Below, in pieces: positions 59,278 through 64,000 of a DNA stretch of 64,000 bases. The stretch lies in the IMG/VR virus record IMGVR_UViG_3300021138_000014, positions 18,375-82,374 of that record; one strand, 5' to 3'. Made by a program: the position numbers and the translations under genes. A model generated the notes under the pieces. It made no database searches. It saw nothing but the letters and a program-made list of their open reading frames with translations, and was not told where the DNA came from. Source of the DNA: a virus. Position 1 is the first letter of the stretch. Every line of letters begins with the position of its first letter.

Positions 59278-59789
59278 GGGTTGTAGTTAAAGTCCGTTCC
59301 TTGTCCTCGTTGAAACCCGCCTTGTTTGCGAAGACGATAGTCTACCCATTTACCGGATAGCTTGGTGCTCTGCTTATATTTCCCAAGTTGCTGCTGGAGT
59401 CTTCTCGAAGTAGTGACGGTATACGCCAGCATTACTCTCTGATGTTTAGACACGGAAGACATGTCCACAGCACCCATGCTAGGCCATGTATCTAAGCCTG
59501 ATTCACGAAGATAGATTCCCTTAGAAGGTGCTTCCTTAAAACGCTCCCACATATCGACTGGGACATCGTAATAGTTCCACCATGTGCCGTCACGGAACAC
59601 CACCGTGAGAACTTCAGTCTCGTGGTTATAGCCAGCGCGAATAGTACGCGGACGTTCTGGGTTCATTGTAGATGTTGCTTTAAGTTGCAAATCTTCGGGG
59701 ACGGCGTCAAGACCCTCTGCTTCTTTATCGCCCTCGGTTACTTCGTAAGTAGAGTCTCCGATACCTTCTTCAAAGTCTTCAGTTGCCAC
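59274..59789 (-). CDS. KTSC domain protein
   Basis: AGYN...LTVVFRDG..NYYDVP...F.EAPSKG.Y. Confidence 0.85.
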   Translation of the reverse strand: MATEDFEEGIGDSTYEVTEGDKEAEGLDAVPEDLQLKATSTMNPERPRTIRAGYNHETEVLTVVFRDGTWWNYYDVPVDMWERFKEAPSKGIYLRESGLDTWPSMGAVDMSSVSKHQRVMLAYTVTTSRRLQQQLGKYKQSTKLSGKWVDYRLRKQGGFQRGQGTDFNYNP

Positions 59790-60039
59790 AACGATGATCT
59801 CCTGTTTTAGTTTCTAACATTCTTTCTTCGCATAGCGAGCAAACCATAATCCTTGGCGCCTTAAAATTGTTTTGTACTGTACCGCCCACAGGCATATCTT
59901 CGCCGAACTCAGTTTTATCGTATTGATCCGTGATGATCTCTGGCTCATCAAATAACTCTTGTGGGAAAGGCCCACGAGCCTCGCGTACGTGATCTGGTAC
60001 GGGGTGAACCTGTATTGTGTTATGCCTTTGGATTCTCAT
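59779..60039 (-). CDS. Hypothetical protein (C-terminal CxxC...HxC)
   Basis: Coupled ORF. Confidence 0.65.
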   Translation of the reverse strand: MRIQRHNTIQVHPVPDHVREARGPFPQELFDEPEIITDQYDKTEFGEDMPVGGTVQNNFKAPRIMVCSLCEERMLETKTGDHRCGN

Positions 60040-60220
60040 CAGCAGTCTCTACTGCTTTAGTAGTTTTTGTTTGTGTTGGGGCAGGCTTTTTTGAAATGAC
60101 TAACTGCTCAACACGATCAGCAAGGGGTGCAGGTAGGCAGGTGTCGCAGTAGTACGCGTCGCTAACTCCATTTTCCTTGTGTTGATGTACAGCGTCGTTT
60201 GAGCAGTTAGAACATTTCAT
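60020..60220 (-). CDS. Small Zn-finger protein
   Basis: CSNC...YCDTC; AGGAG RBS. Confidence 0.7.
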   Translation of the reverse strand: MKCSNCSNDAVHQHKENGVSDAYYCDTCLPAPLADRVEQLVISKKPAPTQTKTTKAVETADENPKA

Positions 60221-60233
60221 TGGTAACTCCTAT

Positions 60234-60410
60234 TTACTTTTTCTTTGTCGCCTGATCAACAGCGCTCTTTAGCACTGGACCTAGAACACCAACGAGAGCT
60301 GCCCATGCAACCTTCTTGATGTCATGATTTCCGCCTTGATAGATCGCGACAGCGGCCGCCGCGGTTGCATAGAGATAGTGTTCTATAAGTACCTTAGTCT
60401 TCGCGTTCAT
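60234..60410 (-). CDS. Small 2-TM holin-like protein (58 aa)
   Basis: Hand-translated MNAKTKVLIEHYLYATAAAAVAIY...AWAALVGVLGPVLKS; AAGGAG RBS. Confidence 0.7.
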   Translation of the reverse strand: MNAKTKVLIEHYLYATAAAAVAIYQGGNHDIKKVAWAALVGVLGPVLKSAVDQATKKK

Positions 60411-60461
60411 ATAGTTCTCCTTGTGATAGTTGACGGGTCCTTTGACCCAGCCACAAGTGTA

Positions 60462-60719
60462 CTACAGGCTGGTAGAGCGCAAGTGCTCCTCAAACCGCCC
60501 GCGCATCTCTGCTTGATCTAGGCGTACCTGTAGGATCTCATCTCGGATTTCCTTTAGGAGGGGGAGAGCCTCTAGATTAATCTTATCGTTAAGAGAACTT
60601 CCGTGATTAGGGCGAAGTTCAGAAAGGTAGTGGCGTATAAGCCAACGAAGACCAAAACCCGCCGCGCCTAAAATAGCAAGCGCTGCTGAAATGCTTTGTA
60701 ACCAGACAGAAAGTGACAT
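60462..60719 (-). CDS. Membrane protein (N-terminal TM + coiled coil)
   Basis: TM followed by ELRPNHGSSL.D motif; AGGAG RBS. Confidence 0.72.
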   Translation of the reverse strand: MSLSVWLQSISAALAILGAAGFGLRWLIRHYLSELRPNHGSSLNDKINLEALPLLKEIRDEILQVRLDQAEMRGRFEEHLRSTSL

Positions 60720-60851
60720 GAGACTCCTAGTATAAAAGTAAGGTTCTGGTCAAGTTGTCCAATTTAAATATCACATTTCGAGACGTATATCTTAATTTTA
60801 CGCATGTAATTGCGCTTGTATGCGTAAATTCAAAACAAATTGCTACTCCGT

Positions 60852-60882
60852 TTGACACAGCGCGTAATGTTTATGCTACTGT
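60852..60882 (+). promoter_or_regulatory. SigA-type promoter for transglycosylase gene
   Basis: TTGACA-N19-TACTGT with extended TGn. Confidence 0.55.
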
Positions 60883-60938
60883 TGAGTACGACAGAGGCGC
60901 TAGCAATAGCGCCTTCGCCAATTGAGAGGAGCAATAAA

Positions 60939-61472
60939 ATGCTCAATATCAGAATAAATGTAATGATCGATGTAAAGAAATGGGCAGCCACCATCGCCTG
61001 TTTTGGAATAGCAGTTAGCCAGTTTTTTGTGCCAGCGTCAGCGCTCCCAGCGCCTAGCAAGCCAGAGAAGGCAGTGACAGTGTCCTTGGCTTACTTGACA
61101 GTACACACAACTAAATCAGAAGCACAAACGGCTTTAAAAAGCCCTTACGTCAAATACTTTGACGCCCAGACCATTGCGTTCTTAACAACGTACGCAAATG
61201 GTGAATCTATGGCAGAGTGGAAATGCCTAAACTATTTATGGAATGGAGAAAGTCACTTCAATCCAAAGGCGCTCAATATGAGCTCGCATGCCTTTGGGAT
61301 CGCTCAGTTCTTACCAACTACTTGGGGTAACTATAAGGTTGCAAAAACAGCCGTAGCCCAACTGCAAATTCAATACGGACTGCGCTACATACAGGTTCGC
61401 TACGGAAACTCTAAGGATCCAGCGGGCGCTTGTAATGCGGCGGCATTTTGGAAAAAGCATAGTTGGTATTAA
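60939..61472 (+). CDS. Secreted lytic transglycosylase (SLT/Rpf-related)
   Basis: GAGGAG RBS; signal peptide; CL..LW..ES..NP.A, GIAQF, QI.YGLRYI..RYG, C...WY. Confidence 0.88.
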   Translation: MLNIRINVMIDVKKWAATIACFGIAVSQFFVPASALPAPSKPEKAVTVSLAYLTVHTTKSEAQTALKSPYVKYFDAQTIAFLTTYANGESMAEWKCLNYLWNGESHFNPKALNMSSHAFGIAQFLPTTWGNYKVAKTAVAQLQIQYGLRYIQVRYGNSKDPAGACNAAAFWKKHSWY

Positions 61473-61480
61473 AGATCAAT

Positions 61481-61514
61481 AAAAAAACCCCCCATTAATT
61501 TGGGGGGTTTCTTT
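61481..61514. terminator. Bidirectional terminator
   Basis: A7-CCCCCCA...TGGGGGG-TTTCTTT between convergent genes. Confidence 0.85.
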
Positions 61515-61524
61515 ATTTAAGGAC

Positions 61525-62157
61525 TTAGGACTCCTGAACGCCTGTTCCTGCAGCCTCACCAAATGCTGTGCGGTAGACAACAAAGTTAACTGCTGTTCCC
61601 TTTGTGATACCTGTAGCGCCTGCAGCGACTGACTGGCTGTATACAGTTCCGTTATTGACCTGTGTAGCACCAGTTGCTGTGAAGGTGACGGTTCCAGTGT
61701 TAAGATCTGCAACACCAAGAACACGATCAGCTTCAACCTGTGTAAGACCAACAATGCTTGGAACGGTTGCGGTAGAGACGCTTGTAGCGAATCCTGCGCC
61801 TGAAGCGTTCTGTGTAGCATTCTGTGTCCAGTATGAACCAGCGCCTTGATATGAAGTTGTAACTGTATTTGCTGGGAAACCAGACCATGAGTTAAGAACA
61901 TTAACAATGTTGTCCGCTGGGACTGTGTAGGTGTTTGTACCTACGTTAACGGTTGGCTGAGTTTCTGTGGAAAGGATGCTTGTGTAGTCTGTGGTTGTTG
62001 ACCAAGCATGGTCACCAGAACCGCCACCATTAGCGTTATAAGAAATAGATGAACCGGAACGGTCATCGTTTGTCTGTGAAGGCATATTGCCCCAGACGAA
62101 ATCTACTGCTACGTTGCCAGCAGGTGCCTGCTTGTAGCCTGAATCACGTGTTGTCAT
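61525..62157 (-). CDS. PASTA-domain protein, Thr-rich
   Basis: TVPSIVGLT..EA...L...L...GTVYSQS.AAG...GTAVNFVV. Confidence 0.82.
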   Translation of the reverse strand: MTTRDSGYKQAPAGNVAVDFVWGNMPSQTNDDRSGSSISYNANGGGSGDHAWSTTTDYTSILSTETQPTVNVGTNTYTVPADNIVNVLNSWSGFPANTVTTSYQGAGSYWTQNATQNASGAGFATSVSTATVPSIVGLTQVEADRVLGVADLNTGTVTFTATGATQVNNGTVYSQSVAAGATGITKGTAVNFVVYRTAFGEAAGTGVQES

Positions 62158-62253
62158 TAATTGACCTCTCTAGAGTTAGGTAAAGCGTCTGATCGGGACG
62201 CACTACAAGTATCTACGAGGTAATCTTCAATTTCATGATGAACGGGGGGTAGT

Positions 62254-63009
62254 TTAGGAGAAGTCCTGCAATAGACGAACCTCTTCCAATACCCGATGCA
62301 CGTTATCCTCATCCTTAGAATAAGTATCAGAAATCAACCAGTCCGAGACGTTTTCATATTGCAAAAGGTACTCAGCCACGTCCGCATAAGATCCGTAAAT
62401 ACAGTTTGCTTTAGCGCGTTCATTTTTTAACGCTGCGTAGGTGTATTCCGCTTCTTTGTAGGTTTCGCGGGCAATGATAAAAGCGCGGATCATAATCCTT
62501 TGCTTATTCTTCATGATTGCTTCATTTAGATCGCTGAGCATAGATATGCCCAGATCACCGTAGTTATTCACGTTATCCATGGTTGTAGGCGAAGCCCCAC
62601 TAAAAGCAATAGGAACGCTATCCCCGAGATGCCATTTTAACTTTTCGGCAAACTCTGTTGCCATGGCACGTCGCTCCTCTAAGGTGGCGTTAACGCCGAA
62701 GATCACTTGATCTTCGTCATACGTTCCGTTAACGATATTAAGAATAAGGCGACCGGGAGCAATATTTGTAAACGACCGACAGAGCATCGCGCAATAGGCT
62801 GGAGTCATAAAAAAAGGGCGTAAGGCAACCATGAACTTTAGGCGGGGGGAGTAAGTGGTTAAGTGCATGGCTCGAACAAATGGGTCTCCAGAGGAGTAGT
62901 GCGTGGGAACAAGGAGGGAGGTATACCCGTAAATATCTAGGTTATAGACAAGATCCTGCATGTATGCGTCTGAGTCATTACCCGCCGCTATCCAGTGAAA
63001 CTGCGGCAT
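62254..63009 (-). CDS. Luciferase-like (LLM) flavin monooxygenase, SsuD-like
   Basis: LLVPT...DPF...RLKFMVALRP..MTP...GRLILNIVNG, FSGAS. Confidence 0.88.
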   Translation of the reverse strand: MPQFHWIAAGNDSDAYMQDLVYNLDIYGYTSLLVPTHYSSGDPFVRAMHLTTYSPRLKFMVALRPFFMTPAYCAMLCRSFTNIAPGRLILNIVNGTYDEDQVIFGVNATLEERRAMATEFAEKLKWHLGDSVPIAFSGASPTTMDNVNNYGDLGISMLSDLNEAIMKNKQRIMIRAFIIARETYKEAEYTYAALKNERAKANCIYGSYADVAEYLLQYENVSDWLISDTYSKDEDNVHRVLEEVRLLQDFS

Positions 63010-63776
63010 TACCGTTTAGTTCTAGTTGTTACGAGGTCGTGGATAGCCTCTATGCTCGCCTCTCCAACAAGTGGTGCCGAGATAGCCCAGTCAGTAACGA
63101 AGTCTTCATAGGATTCCATTTGAGCGATAACCTCATCCTTGGTTCCGCATAGGGTGCTTAATTTCATATTACCCATTGGGAAATCATCCCAAATCTTTTG
63201 AGCTTCCTCAGAGGTTTCTGTAATAAGCAGGAATGCGCGCACCATAGTTTTCTTTGCCTTCAGCGCTGGGACGTTTTTATGCACAATAATGGCTTGGTTT
63301 AGGTGATTAAACAGCCCGTCGCCATGACCATCTGTAACCGCGTCTACTCCTTGAAAAGAACTTCCTTTAACCCACAGTCTAGGAAGATCATCCCCATATA
63401 CCTCACGTAGGTTCTTAGCGAAGTCTTTCATCAACTGTCGCTGAACAGTTAATTCATGATGAACCTTGAATACTGCTTTTTCAGGTTGATCTAACTCCCC
63501 AGTAATAAGGTTAAGGGCAAAGCGATCTTTAAATTCTTCAACAAATGGCTTTAAGATCATAGCCCCATACCCCACGTTAACCATCTCTGGGCGTAAAGCC
63601 ACGGTTACTCCAAGGCGATTGTGAGTCTTTAGTAAGTGGTAAGCCTTACCAAAGTTATCTCCGTGTCCATAATCAAAGGTAAGAAAGATACTGTCATACC
63701 CCGAGTCTTCAAGAGTAGTAACGAAAGATTCGTCCCGGACGTTGTATTCTCGATCCATCCAATGAAACTTAGTCAA
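63009..63776 (-). CDS. Luciferase-like (LLM) flavin monooxygenase, second copy
   Basis: LEDSGYDSI...VALRP...DRFALNLITG...G.S; TTG start inferred (MTKFHW). Confidence 0.8.
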   Translation of the reverse strand: MTKFHWMDREYNVRDESFVTTLEDSGYDSIFLTFDYGHGDNFGKAYHLLKTHNRLGVTVALRPEMVNVGYGAMILKPFVEEFKDRFALNLITGELDQPEKAVFKVHHELTVQRQLMKDFAKNLREVYGDDLPRLWVKGSSFQGVDAVTDGHGDGLFNHLNQAIIVHKNVPALKAKKTMVRAFLLITETSEEAQKIWDDFPMGNMKLSTLCGTKDEVIAQMESYEDFVTDWAISAPLVGEASIEAIHDLVTTRTKR

Positions 63777-63999
63777 TGTCCTGTCTTCCCCATTTAATTT
63801 TGTTCCATGCACGCTCGTGGTAGTAGTACAGAACAATCTTAACAACTAGCTCAATACCAGAAGCAGCCAAAGCCAACTTACCGTTATGGGTTAACCCATA
63901 GATAATCAGAAACGAAATGAGATTCCCAAAGAATCTCCAACTTACTGACTTTGCTAATGAACGTGCGTGTGAAACCCACATAATTGGCTCTCTTTCCAT
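63769..63999 (-). CDS. DUF2061 membrane protein
   Basis: RSLAKSVSWR...K.VLYYYHERAW.KI.WG. Confidence 0.88.
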   Translation of the reverse strand: MEREPIMWVSHARSLAKSVSWRFFGNLISFLIIYGLTHNGKLALAASGIELVVKIVLYYYHERAWNKIKWGRQDID

Positions 64000-64000
64000 A

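Noticed and set aside
1-64000. Alternative genetic code
   Set aside because: Core genes are full-length in the standard code and all three stop codons terminate genes

Overview
This is a 64-kb segment of a dsDNA myovirus (contractile tail) that infects an actinobacterium. The host call rests on WhiB, leaderless genes and an actinobacterial-type secreted transglycosylase. The moderate GC would fit small-genome freshwater Actinomycetota (inference). Almost all genes are on the minus strand. In transcription order (right to left): an accessory block (DUF2061, two SsuD-like luciferase-family monooxygenases, a PASTA protein, a + strand transglycosylase), then terminase, portal, scaffold and N4-gp56-type capsid. 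Next come the neck, collagen and Gly-rich fibre proteins, a GT2-TPR glycosyltransferase, small basic peptides, sheath, tube, a +1-frameshifted chaperone, tape measure and baseplate. These are followed by replication (initiator, DnaC, DnaB, primase, dNMP kinase, SNF2), lysis, and an early block (RHH, HTH, SSB, PolA, RecA, resolvases, WhiB, Cas4-like nuclease, SpoVS, phosphoesterase). No integrase, tRNA or CRISPR array was seen. The best leads are the tandem minimal SsuD-like monooxygenases with DUF2061, a BclA/SgtA-like collagen glycosylation pairing, a structured leader with a uORF before the tail operon, a UUU-CG +1 frameshift, and a transglycosylase/PASTA pair. All calls come from reading motifs by eye; no searches were run.
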